Shown here: positions 29,745-41,254 of the stretch, piece by piece | Position numbering within the stretch: the first letter of the stretch is position 1 | Layout: each line of letters starts with the position of its first letter | Assembly: GCA_900617105.1 (NCBI GenBank) | Contig: UYFQ01000056.1 | Span: 62,001 to 126,000, forward strand | Length of the DNA: 64,000 bases | Origin: Hydrurus foetidus | Lineage: Eukaryota | Direction of reading: 5' to 3' | Notes under the pieces: generated by a model | Seen by the model: the letters and a program-made list of their open reading frames with translations, nothing else | Told to the model about the DNA's origin: nothing | Databases searched by the model: none | Position numbers and translations under genes: made by a program

Positions 29745-32649
29745 ATGGCCGCCATTTCCGAGAATTTCGATGCCCCAATCGATAAACAAAAAGCTGTTCT
29801 ATTCTTACAGAAGATAGCATCCAAATTGCCGTCGCAGAGTGTCTCAGAATCGACTATCATTGGATTGTTTGAAAATGTCGTAGAATCGTTATCGAAGGGT
29901 AGCATTCGAAGTACAATATTAGCCGATCTCGATAATTACTATGGAGTATTCGATGCAGCGCTTAAAAAGAAGCAAGAAGACAGTCAGACCGCCTCATCTA
30001 CCGTCGCTGCAAGCGAAATTGACAGGACGGAACTCAAAAGGATTGCAGGGGAGAACTTCCCTGTCACGAAAGCCAGAATGCTTTTGGGTACAGTCGATAT
30101 TAACTTCCTAAGCAGCGGAATATTAAGATCATCTGATACTGACACTGCTGACAACTCTGAGCTACACATACTCATAGCGGTGCAGTGCGCCCAGCTGAAC
30201 GCACCTCAAATTTCGTTGATGCTGCTGAATTCAATTCAAGCAGTAAAGCCATCTTTATCATCTGAGAATCTCTCAAGGGCACTTTTGACGAGGTATTGTT
30301 TTAAATCATTTATCTTCGACAACACTTTATCGCCCCTACAACCAAAAGTATCGTTGTTTACATCGTATTGTTGACTGCTGAGATATAATACTATGTAGTT
30401 ACGAAGTGTTCTTATTGAGTCTATTCGTACATGTCACGAGAAGTCCTGATACTTTCGGTAGAAACGCCATACTAATCCTATCAAATCATATATACATAAC
30501 CATCAGATTGGCCATGAGAAGTTATTGGTGTGTGGAGGAGACAGAATCATCCGGTTGCCTGTGGGGCTACAGTATGTTGAATTCTTCCGAATCACTAGGA
30601 ATAATTGCAATGTCCACTCTCTCGGTTATCACAGCAATAAAAACAGAAGTCTGGGTATTCTCATTTGGATTCCTAGGATATTGGGGATTAAAATGTAGTG
30701 CTTTTGAGAATGAAGAGAGACTTGGAGTGTTTTCTAATTTTCTTGACATTTGTACAGTGGATAACATCGATGATTGCGATCATTCAGACGTAATACTATG
30801 CCTAACACTATTTTTCATCTGGGTCAATAAACTGCCAAAAACAAAAAATAGTGAACGCCTCACTGCAAGAGTGCTATCTCTGCTCGGAATAATTTCTGGG
30901 ACAGCAAAAGAAAATGTCCAATTATTTTGGCTCGACTCATTGTACCCTCTACTGGAAAATAAAAAAATATCCGATTTAGCATCAAAATCGAAGAAAGTGA
31001 AGTCATTTTCTAATAATGGAAAAGAACCTATGCGAAGTTTATTGAACTGGGTGTGTGGGGAACATTCCTTGGTGGAGGCATTAGAAAGATCAATGTGTGA
31101 TTTGATAGGCGATTCGGAGAACAAAACACCGGAATCAGAGGAAATCAGTGAAAAGCCTGAAATCGGTGAAATGAAAGCTGAAGTTAATACGGATTCTGCA
31201 GTCATTATTGCCTCTGCAGAGAAAAATAGTGACAAAAAGAGAAAATTAAGTATCTCAAAGAATGAAATTGAAGCTAATCTTACTGCAAAGGATATTAGGA
31301 CGGAAAAAAATAAAAAGATACAAGGTGACACTATCGCTGAAAGAAGTATGAAAGTCGATGATGATCAAACGGAACAAGATGACACAGATGAAGGCGATAT
31401 CGATGTGGATGTTGATGTGGCTTCTTTTGAAATGGACTATACAGGAGACTCGAGTGGGGTGCTCGCTTTTATGTCCGAAGTAACTGAGGTGAGAAATTGA
31501 AACTGTCCAGGCTTGCTTAATTCTATTTTTGGTTCCTTTTTTGTTTTTGTTATTTTTGTATCAGGAATAGTTTGGTTAATAAATGTCTGAATGTAAAATA
31601 TTTGCTTTGATGCAGTTTCCTGTGCTTATCTTTCAGACTATTTTTGTATTTGTTAATCGTAATCCACCACGACTTATCAATTCTGGCATTTTTATTACGA
31701 TTCGCTTGTCTCATTCCTTTTTATATGATCATCAATATCGACTTTACAACATCAGACGAAAAAATCGAAAAAACAAGAAACTGCCACCCCAAGGAAATCT
31801 GCCCGAAATATCAACAAATTAGCTGCTGAAGTAGAATTAAAAACAGATATGGAAATTGAGTTGGAGAATTTGGAAAAAACCAGTAGATCGTCTAAAATAC
31901 CCAAGAAGAGTGTGTCAAAAAAATTAATCGATTCTGATGTTGAAGTTGCGGTGACGGAAGAGGTAGTTCAAGAAGAAATAAAAGAAATAAAAATTAAGAA
32001 ATCAACTCCGAAAAAAGCAGCAAAAAAAGCCGTTGAAGTTGCTGATGAGAGAATAATTGAAATTAGCGAAAACAAAGATGAAAATGAAAACGAAATAGCT
32101 GAAGTAATGAAGAAGACTTCAACAGTGAAAAAAACAAAAGGAGCGAATAAAAGTGAATGGGTTGAAGGCGCAACAGAAACTGTAAATCTAGTTGCAGTTG
32201 AAGTTGTGGAGATTTCAAAAAGTAAATTGTCAACCCCGAAAAAATCGAGGGGCAAAAAAGAAATCGTGACTGACAATGTTGAAGTTAAAGCTAGCGGAAA
32301 GATTGAGGAGGAAGAAGATACGGTAGATGTTGTGGTGGATAAACCAAAAACTAGAGCACTAAAAACACCAACCAAGAAACAACCTGAGAAAGCCAAATTA
32401 CTTTCTTCTGATCTTGAAGTGGAAGCAAACGAAGAAGTGACAGAAATTAAAAACATAAAATCATCAAGGAAGAAAAGTAAGAAATTGAGTACATCTGTCG
32501 AAGATGTATTGGAGGTGGAAAATGAAATTATTCAAGACGAAAGTACTGAAGCCGTAGAATCAAAAGTTGAAAAATCAGCAAGAAAAACAAGAGAAAGAAA
32601 AACTGATCAAATTTCGGAAATTAAATCGGCAAAGAAAGTGAAGAAATAA
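29745..32649 (+). CDS. Hypothetical protein with a helical N-terminal region and a Lys/Glu-rich TPKK-repeat tail, 3 exons
   Basis: Exons ~29745-30292, ~30508-31489 and 31756-32649 are joined by GT-AG introns, and the last junction is in frame. No family recognised. Transcribed divergently from the helicase, with ~410 bp between starts. Confidence 0.7.
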
Positions 32650-32968
32650 GGGATCAAAATTAAATGTTTTTACTGCCATTTGTATTTCTATTACATACCA
32701 ACCCCAAAACCTTGGGAAATCATCAGTTCGCGATGAAATTTTTTCATATTATTTATAAATTAAAATGATGACAATTTTTTCGAGTCACTTAAAATCACTC
32801 AATGAAGTATGTTTTTCATTCTTACAGAATAAGAATCGACGAATTATTTGTTCGATTGAAAATATTTGCCTACAGAATGTAATGACTAGTGACGACAATA
32901 GTACACTACCATAGCATCCCTATCTCGAGAAAGCGTACAGTACGGATTACCCACGCGGGACAATTAGT

Positions 32969-33110
32969 CCTCAAGTAACAATTGTATCTTGCCCAGTAGC
33001 CCTCGAGCAACAGTTGTATCTTGCCCAGTAGCCCTCGAGCAACAATTGTATCTTGCCCAGTAGCCCTCAAGCAACAATTGTATCTTGCCCAGCAGCCCTC
33101 AAGCAACAAT
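32969..33110. repeat. 32-bp tandem repeat, ~4.4 copies
   Basis: Unit CCTCRAGCAACAATTGTATCTTGCCCAGTAGC at 32969, 33001, 33033, 33065 and, partially, 33097. Confidence 0.95.
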
Positions 33111-33685
33111 GAAATCCACCACTGAGAATCATCCTGAATTCTATATCTAGAAGTCGTTGGGGTACTGGAAGCTACTGCTGCTGCACATCACAAGGGCTAA
33201 CTGTAGTTTGAAATTAGATTAGATTAGGCTTCCACTTTCTCTTCTTCGGTCGCACTGTACATGTGGTGTTAAGGATGCTCCTCTCAGTTGTGTTTCAAGC
33301 TCACGTCTTTTTATTTAAAAATACAATACTGCTGCACTGCATCAGCAGATCATTGAGCTCCTCCACTGCTACCACACTCTGGTCCAATTTGAGGAGGGTG
33401 GGAAAGCGGGTACCAGGAGACGTAACTCCTCACTGATTGCGCTTTCAGTGCTTAAAAAGAATGAGAGAAATTTCTATTTGTGGAAAATCATATTAATTTA
33501 TTCATGTACTCTCAAATCACTTTGATAAAGCCTAGTCGTATTACAGTTTGGAAGACAGATGGAGAAAGAGAAGAGGAAGGGACGGGGTGTGGAAGGGTTT
33601 GTGATTTGCCCGGGCAAAGAGATGTATCACAATTAAATTTGTTAGGGGTAGGTTGTTTTAAGGTGGTGAAGAACAGATTTGTACT

Positions 33686-34356
33686 TTAGATACCAAGCTG
33701 CTCAAGTGCGCCTTTGCCTGTGATGCCGGCATGTGCAATCTCTCCAATAATGGCGAACATCGCCAATCTGCCGTTGTTCAACTCTCTTGTCTGAAATCCG
33801 GTCCATGCAGGGTTGCTAGCATCCTGGAATCTTGTAGAAATGCCATAGTAGTCGCCAGCCTTGTATCCCTCACCTCTTGCTGCCTCAGAGAAGGCGTATT
33901 CAAGGAGGCCGCAAAATGCGATAATTTGAACGAATGCAAGAGGTGGCACCTCTCCGAAAGCTGTCAATGGGTTTCCACTGATCTTTCCTCCGTAAAGAGG
34001 GTGGAATTTCTCCTGTGTGAGCCATCCCAGGACTGCAAGCATAGCAACGCGGCCGTGTTTGAGCTCGGATTCACGATATTTGTTAATAGTTTTAGCATCA
34101 GCTCCTTTCGTGAAGCCAAGGGGATCGAAGAATCCAAGGGGAGCGCTTGATCCGACGAGGTCGATTTTCATTGACATTTGAACCCTGGTGGAGGGAGCAA
34201 CGCGAGGTGCCATGAAGGCAGTCGCCCTACGTATGATTCAATGTTGGTCGACAGGTTGAGTTTCGGTAGAAAATGTGAACAGGCTGATGTGATAATTGCG
34301 GCAGCTGCAGTGACTTACTGGCTGGCGAGCAGCATGGTTGCAAGTACTTTGAACAT
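33686..34356 (-). CDS. Fucoxanthin-chlorophyll a/c light-harvesting protein, Lhcx/LI818-like
   Basis: Exon 1 (34356-34319), a 92-nt intron GTAAGT...TAG (34318-34227) and exon 2 give MFKVLATMLLASQATAFMAPR (ASAFAP-type cleavage site). Then APLGFFDPLGF, ELKHGRVAMLA, FHPLYGG and ELNNGRLAM. The Lhcx subfamily call rests mainly on FHPL.GG. Confidence 0.93.
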
Positions 34357-35819
34357 CGTTGGAGTAAGGCGTGTAGGGCGAATTTGTGAGTGCTTAGGAG
34401 TTGTTGAGCCTCTCGCGACCTGTGAAATCTTACCCATCAATGCCCGTACGTAAACTCAACCTCTCTTCAGTTGCACCTTGCACGCACCTTGCAGCAAATC
34501 ATTCTCGATTTTGGATTTTGGTAGATCTGGGACCGACCTCACTGAATTCTGTGGTTCAAACTTCAAACTTCAAAGGGATGATACTGTACGGCCAACGGCC
34601 AAATATGCCTTATTGCCAACGGCTACCATGCGCACAACACACAACACACTGTCACACACGCGCGGGAGTTGAGCTTGCGAGTTGTGATGGAAAGTGACCA
34701 TAGAAAACAACATTCTGAAACTCTGTAGCACCTCTAATTTCTGAGAAGATAATCAGATGACCTGGATAAGTGTCGATAAAGAAACTTCCAGGATTTCAGA
34801 CGTACACCTACAACCACTGAGAGGCTTGATGAGTAATATCGATATGGGCTGTAATCCAAATCACGTATGAAAGTTGAGCAATTGTACAAATGATAAATTA
34901 TAAAGTATTTCTCCTGTTTTTGGCCGTTGACTCTACACAGAAATTCCAGTCGGCGTTTTCTGTCGGGAAGATCAGATAAAATGTGATCGCAATAACGACT
35001 GTTTTCAGATTTCTAATTGGTGCCTGGAAAAATTATCAAATTATTGCATAAATGTGTGGGCTAAAACGAACATACTAGCGACAACACTTCAATATTTTGG
35101 ATGAGGGGGGAAAGGGGGTTCTGACAAATTTTCCTTAAAATCCTACCAAAAAAATAACATTCGGACAAATATTCAAGCGTCTGCTTATAGCAGCGCTTTA
35201 TCGCGCTATCGAAATACTCTAAAATAAATTTGTTATAAATGTGCATAAAAAGAATCAAGCGATAGAATATTTCTACTTTTAAGTAATCAACTGAATTCAC
35301 GAGAGTCACCAAACAATCAATTCTAAAATCTGGTTTTGACGACCAAGGTTTCATTAAGTGTTTTTTTTAAAGAATATGTGAGAAATTTATAAGTGTTCAT
35401 GTGGTATATGTTCAATCTACAGAAATTTCGATTGATAAGATCGCCTTGGGTGGGGGGTGGGGGCTGGGTGCCCAGTGTTCGACACGTGGTCTCGAATCTC
35501 GACAAAATTTGGGGTCAAATTTCTTTATTCTCGATTGCTGTATACGAGTCGCTGAACATGTTCTTTGCCTACAGCTCCAAAATCAATATAAGTTTGGGAA
35601 TGAACCTGCGGTGACCGATAGCGCTGTTCTCTCATTACGCGCGGCAGGAGTGAACCCTCTAGGTTCTACAAGTTACCTGCTGACTGGTCTAGCGACAGGA
35701 GTCTCAGAATTACTCTCAGATCTGACGACTATGAGACTACACAGGGGCTCTATTCAGTCAGCCAGAGGAACACGCTAGTTTTTCTTTACAGCCTCTCATA
35801 AGGAACGACATTACTCAAG

Positions 35820-38800
35820 ATGAAGCTCCAAGCCCAGAACTCCTTCATTCTACATGTTCAGGAGCTGCGAGAGAATAGTAACGTTTACTCCGTTGAGGTT
35901 AGATGGTTTACGAAGATTAAAGACGTGAAGGATCTACTGCATGGGATAACGAATATCGCTGCTTCAAGGCAGCAATTATTCCAGTCTGATAGCTCTGTGC
36001 CATTGAGCTCATCGCTCACGATGCATGATCTGAAGATATCGAAATCAGGCCAAAGCTTGCGACTGTCGATCATCGATCGGACATCTCTAGGTTCTTCGGA
36101 TTATGTTCTTAATCGGGCGAAAGACACTGCGCTTGATGAGGAATGTTCTCGGATCTTAACCGAGGTGCGCCTTGGGCTGCAGAGGCACAACATCCCCATC
36201 AAAACGGATGTGTTGGACTGCACTGGAGGAGTTTATTTCTTACGATCTGCTACGGGTCGGAAGGTAGCTGTGTTCAAGCCGCAGGACGAAGAGCAGGGGA
36301 TGCCGCACAACACAAAAGGATACGAAGGATCTGGGGAGTCTGGTCTTAGGCAGCATTACAAACCGGGCTATGGATGCATGCGAGAAGTAGCTGCATATTT
36401 GATGGATGTTAACAACTACTGCAGCGTTCCCCCTACTTCACTCGTCCATTTCGAGCATCCGATACTCAACTATCCTGGACGAGAGGGTAGAAAGGGTCAT
36501 CCTTTTCCTAAGTTCGGCTCTCTGCAGAAATTTGTTCATGCATTTGATTCTTTCGAAGACATCGGAATAAGTGTTCTGAGCGATCTGGAAGTTCAGAAAA
36601 TTGCCCTTTTGGATTTGAGATTGCTCAACTCAGATAGGAATGCTTCGAATATTCTTGCCATCCATAAAGATTCCTACGGGGAAGGTTCTCCGACAAAGCC
36701 TCAAGACTATTCCGCGGAGCATTCTAAGTTCTCTAAATATTCTTCTGATGAAGAATTCGATCTTTGCTTCGATGACGTCAAAGCGAGTAAATCGGAAGGG
36801 TCTTCGAATTCTGATTCCTACGCACTTATTCCGATAGATCATGGATACTGTCTTCCTTCCAAATTACTGATCAACGAGATTGATTGGGCTTGGTTTTACT
36901 ATCCTCAAGTAAACCGTGCAGTACATCCGGATATCAAGAAATATCTTTCTGAATTGGATTTAGAAGCTCTGCTGAAGAATGTTCTTTCCCAAGTAGATCT
37001 GTCGGCAGATTCACAGTTTTTAATACGGGTTTCTCATCAATTAGTCGTAGATGGTGTGGCAGCTGGATTAACATTACACGAAATTGCATCTATTGTTGCA
37101 CGTATTAATGATGACGAACCTTCTGCGTTAGAGAAGGTTCTAGAAGAAGCGGAAGAGAATGCACACAGGACTATTGAAATGAGAATTGGAACAGTTGAAA
37201 GATCGAGGAATATATACGAGAGAGGAAATGGTAAAATGAACGGAAAAATATTGTATCAAAGTTCGGCGAAAAAAACAAAAGAAAGTGAGGTTGTAAATGA
37301 GAAAGATGGAAGGGAAGTGAGAGTAGTCAAAGACAAGAAGACAGACAGGGAGGGGAGAAATGAAAAAAACAAGGAAAATGAAAGAGAACGAGTATGTTGG
37401 AAATCGCCTGAAAATTTTCCGAATTTTGAGGCCTCAAAATCGCCAAGGAAAAGATCATTCGAAAAAGAAATACCAGCAATTTAGTATCGCCTCGCAAATC
37501 CGGTCACGCTAAATCAAGTGATAAACTGTCCGTACAGTTTGCTGACTGTGAACGTACACCCTCTTATCCTACTGAAATTAATGCTGTCGATTATAGCAGT
37601 AATGACGAAGGAGTAAAAATGAAAAATAAAGCGCACAGAATACAGACTCTTCGAAATACAAATGATACGCATGGAATACGCACAGAAGGAAAACCTATCA
37701 CAACCTCCACCTCTTCCTCTTCGTCACAGCCCACTACCTCTTCTTCATCCTCATCTTGCCCCTCCTCTTATACCACCGCACACACTTTTTCCTCCACTTC
37801 TCACTCCTCTTCTCTTCCCTCCACCCCTTACCCCTCCACAACTTCTCTTCTCACCACTTCCTCAAACTCTTCCTCTTCCGCTTCTTACACCTCCTCCTCG
37901 TACACCCCTCCTACTTCAGCACCAAACACCATTTCAGTCCCTGTTTCCGTCCCCATCAACCCCTCCCCCAGCACAGCAGCACCACTCACACCCGCTTCAG
38001 CAGGATCATTTCCTCTCACGCTAACAGCTCCTAAAACTATACCGTATTTTAACTCTCTTCACGGCCAAGCATTGCACTCCATACAATCCGAAGATGGCTC
38101 AATACGGTACACTAGCAAATCGGGACTGGGTTCAGGGTCCGGTCTGGGGTCAGGGTCGGGACTGGGGTCTCTAGTGGAAGTCACTAAGGAGTCTAGTATG
38201 AGTTCCGGGTCCGCATCTGAAATGAGTTCTGGGTCCGGTCTGAGGAGAATGAATGCGATCAACGCGTACACACTGGGAGCCGCTACATGCCCGACTACAC
38301 CGCTGGGACACTCCTTGCTGGCACTACCTCAGTCTCTACCTCAGTGTCTGCCTCATTCCAAGCATCTAGCGCAGCAGATGTTAAAATCAACACAGAATCA
38401 TGTACATGATGGAGTAGAAAGGTTAACAGAGACAAAGAATAAAATAGAGATTGAGAACAAGGATAATAATGAGAATGAGAGGGAGAGGGAAAATGATAAC
38501 GATAATGATAATGAGAGTGGGTCAAGTAGTAGTTACGACACCACCGATTCTGATGCTGTTTCAGAAAATTTGATGGGGAGTACATCAGACGGTGAAATTG
38601 AAGAAAGCACGTACGGAAAAATGAAGAGGCATGAAATCGTACGTACTCCTCAAAATTACAATTCCAGCGCTGATCTTGCTATCATTGAAGTGGAAAAGAA
38701 ATTGAGCGGAAGTGGTGATCAGACACTTAGTAAAAATATTCTGATGTCGTCTGAAAAAGTTTCCTCTTATTTGTTCCAGAATTTGTCCCACATTCCGTCA

Positions 38801-39241
38801 AAGAGAATATGTCAATATCAAGGAAACAGCTTGTCCGGAATCGGAACAGATATGAGGACGTGTGATGGTGTCGATAAGGGAACGGAGAGGAAGAAAGGAA
38901 TAGGATTTATATTAGAGGACAACTGTGTTAGTAATGAAAGATATAATAGAGGTGATGGTGACTTGGACGAAAATGAAAATACGGATTCTGACGGAAGTCC
39001 TATATCTTCGCCTTTGGCGATGTCAGCAATGATCCGTGTAACTTCTTTCTCAGCTTTTAGCAGTGCACCAATTTACGATGCCGAAGGGGCTGAGAGAAGA
39101 GTTGGAAAATTAAAAAAGGAAAGAAGAAGACAAGTTGCCTTTACAAATGAATTCAGTCGGTTGCGATTATTGTTTGCAGGAAATAGCGTTATTTCTTTAA
39201 TCTCAAAATCTTTGAAAAAAAGACATACACAATCTTTTTAG
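35820..39241 (+). CDS. Type II phosphatidylinositol 4-kinase (PI4K-gamma-like) with an N-terminal ubiquitin-like domain; split into two frames at ~37430-37484
   Basis: UBL-like start (KIKDVKDLL...RQQLF), then TGGVYF, VAVFKPQDEE, REVAAYLMD, VPPT, GSLQKFV, KIALLDLRLLNSDRNASNIL, LIPIDHGYCLP and WFYYPQ. The downstream Ser-rich ORF 37619-39241 is open upstream to ~37430 in the -1 frame. Confidence 0.88.
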
Positions 39242-39985
39242 ACTCATCGATTTGAAACTATTTATATTATAGGTGATAATAGCATTTTGGTTAGATTGTT
39301 ATATAATGTATCGATATTGTTTATGAGTTTAATGTATTAGTATTAGCCTCTGATAGTCCGTAAAGATATACAAAAAAATTGACATCATTTATCTATGTTA
39401 AGAGCATTATTAAAGCATGAGAAAACCGTCAAAATAATCACAATTTTTGTACGATAAAACATCGACAGCCGATTGCATTCCTCACATCACAAATAATAAA
39501 GAAAAATTACGCAGAGAATCGGGGGGAACTTGTGATTTTTGTTATTTTTACGGCTATTTATTAGACCTGTTTTCTAGACATTTATTTTTCTAAAGTGTAT
39601 TACTATGTATATTATTATTGAACTATGCACTGTTAAGTTGTAAGTACACACAATAGATTGTGAGAATTTCAGACTAACACTAAATTTTTGCATTGATATT
39701 CAAACTTCTTTTTACAGTTGCATTCTGCGCAAAAATGGTTTCAATTTTCTGCTGCCAGTACCGGATAACTTTGGAGATTCTGAAGTGCCGTACACTGTAC
39801 AGTGGTGCTCTTGAACTGTGATCTTAAAATTACTGCATAAATGTGAACACACTCGAGGCATTCGAAGCTGAGAGAGTGAGAAGATCGCCTTGGATCCATA
39901 AACGTAATTCAATTCTAAATTCTTCATATTTACGGTGGACCGCAGAAACACCTCAAGCTGCAAAAAATTCAGGACAAGAAGGTAA

Positions 39986-40928
39986 GGCTACAATTCATGG
40001 CAACGGTAAAAGACCATACCCTACAGTATCACGGGACGTTTTAACCGTAAAAGGAAGTTTCATGGGCGATTCGTGATAAATTCTGACCCGATGCGGAATC
40101 GTATTTTCAAATTTTATCCTCGAAAAACAAGATTATCCCGGCAACAAATTCAATCATGCCCGATAGGAAATTGAGGCGACGTTGCACATTTCAAATCACT
40201 TTGAGGGCGCAGAACACTTCTCTAAGATGGCTGACACTCCTCGCCGTAGTTTCGCCCATCAGAGTAGCCTCTGCAATATCGTCAAAGTTCCAATTTCTAC
40301 CCAGAATTCTCAGCACCGCTAGAAGTTTGATTTCAATAGGGCACACACTCCGATTAGCGATATCTGTCTCCCTCAGAGAGTTTTCACCAAAAATTTTCTT
40401 TTCGATGCATTTTGTTACCAAACTGCAGAATACACTGTAAGGCACCCTAAACCTGCGTCTGAATAGTTTCCCATCTCGAGATTCAATCGATGGTCCGCCA
40501 TCAACTGATGCCAGATGTACCAGAAGTCGACCCCATGGCGAACTCCAGTAGTCTATAAAGTTGGGTCTAACGACACATGGAGGACTGCGCCGCTGCCTCA
40601 CTTTCAGTTTAGCCCGCCTCCTCAATATCCTCCTTATTGCCGCCAATCTGCGAATCTGATGGTACCAATCCTTGCTGGAATAGATCATCTCGCAGAGAAA
40701 TATGACGGGAAAACTACTGTCGAGTAGGGACAATTGATTTAACTGTTTGATGGAGGTTTGACTAACGGTCGCTGAAAGAAGCAGAGTTGATTTTCGAATT
40801 TTCAAAATTTCAAATTTTTACACCCATTTTATACCGTAAAACCATGAAACAACTCAAAATAAACTTCCGTTATAAAACGCACGTGGTACTTACGCGCACA
40901 AGCTATCACGCTGCCATGAATTGTAGCC
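39986..40928 (-). mobile_element. PIF/Harbinger DNA transposon, internally deleted (943 bp)
   Basis: TIRs GGCTACAATTCATGGCA(A/G)CG at 39986-40005 and 40909-40928 (19/20 match), with TAA on both flanks (39983-85, 40929-31). An internal minus-strand transposase N-terminal fragment reads GKLFRRRFRVPYSVF...PIEIKLLAVLRILGRNWNFDDIAE. No DDE core. Confidence 0.92.
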
Positions 40929-41254
40929 TAAATAATATAGCCGGATACGAAGTTATAATTAACCGATATCGGATACCTCTAGATCAGGGTATTGGATGCG
41001 GGGACAGACTGTGACAGCAGTCAGATTCGATTCGCATTCGAATCTCCGAATCATTCGAAATCAAATTATTCGAATCGATTATGTTGACTCTTCGGTTTTT
41101 GGTGTACGTTTCGTTTGCAACTGAGAGCGGAGCGAATACCTCGCAGCGGTTACTGAGTGGCCAGTGGCATCGCTGAGTCACATAGTTCCTTCAGGTATAT
41201 GAGACGAATGAATGCCTGCAATTTTTGGTTGGGAGATGCTTCAGATTGTTGATT

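Noticed and set aside
32969..33110. CRISPR array
   Set aside because: The 32-bp units are contiguous with no unique spacers, there are no cas genes, and the context is eukaryotic.
35040..35600. Possible DNA-transposon relic with G-runs upstream of PI4K
   Set aside because: No TIR pair, TSD or coding remnant could be identified by eye.
40940..41080. hAT-like end (CGGATACCTCTA) and ATTCGA repeats
   Set aside because: No partner end was found in the window.
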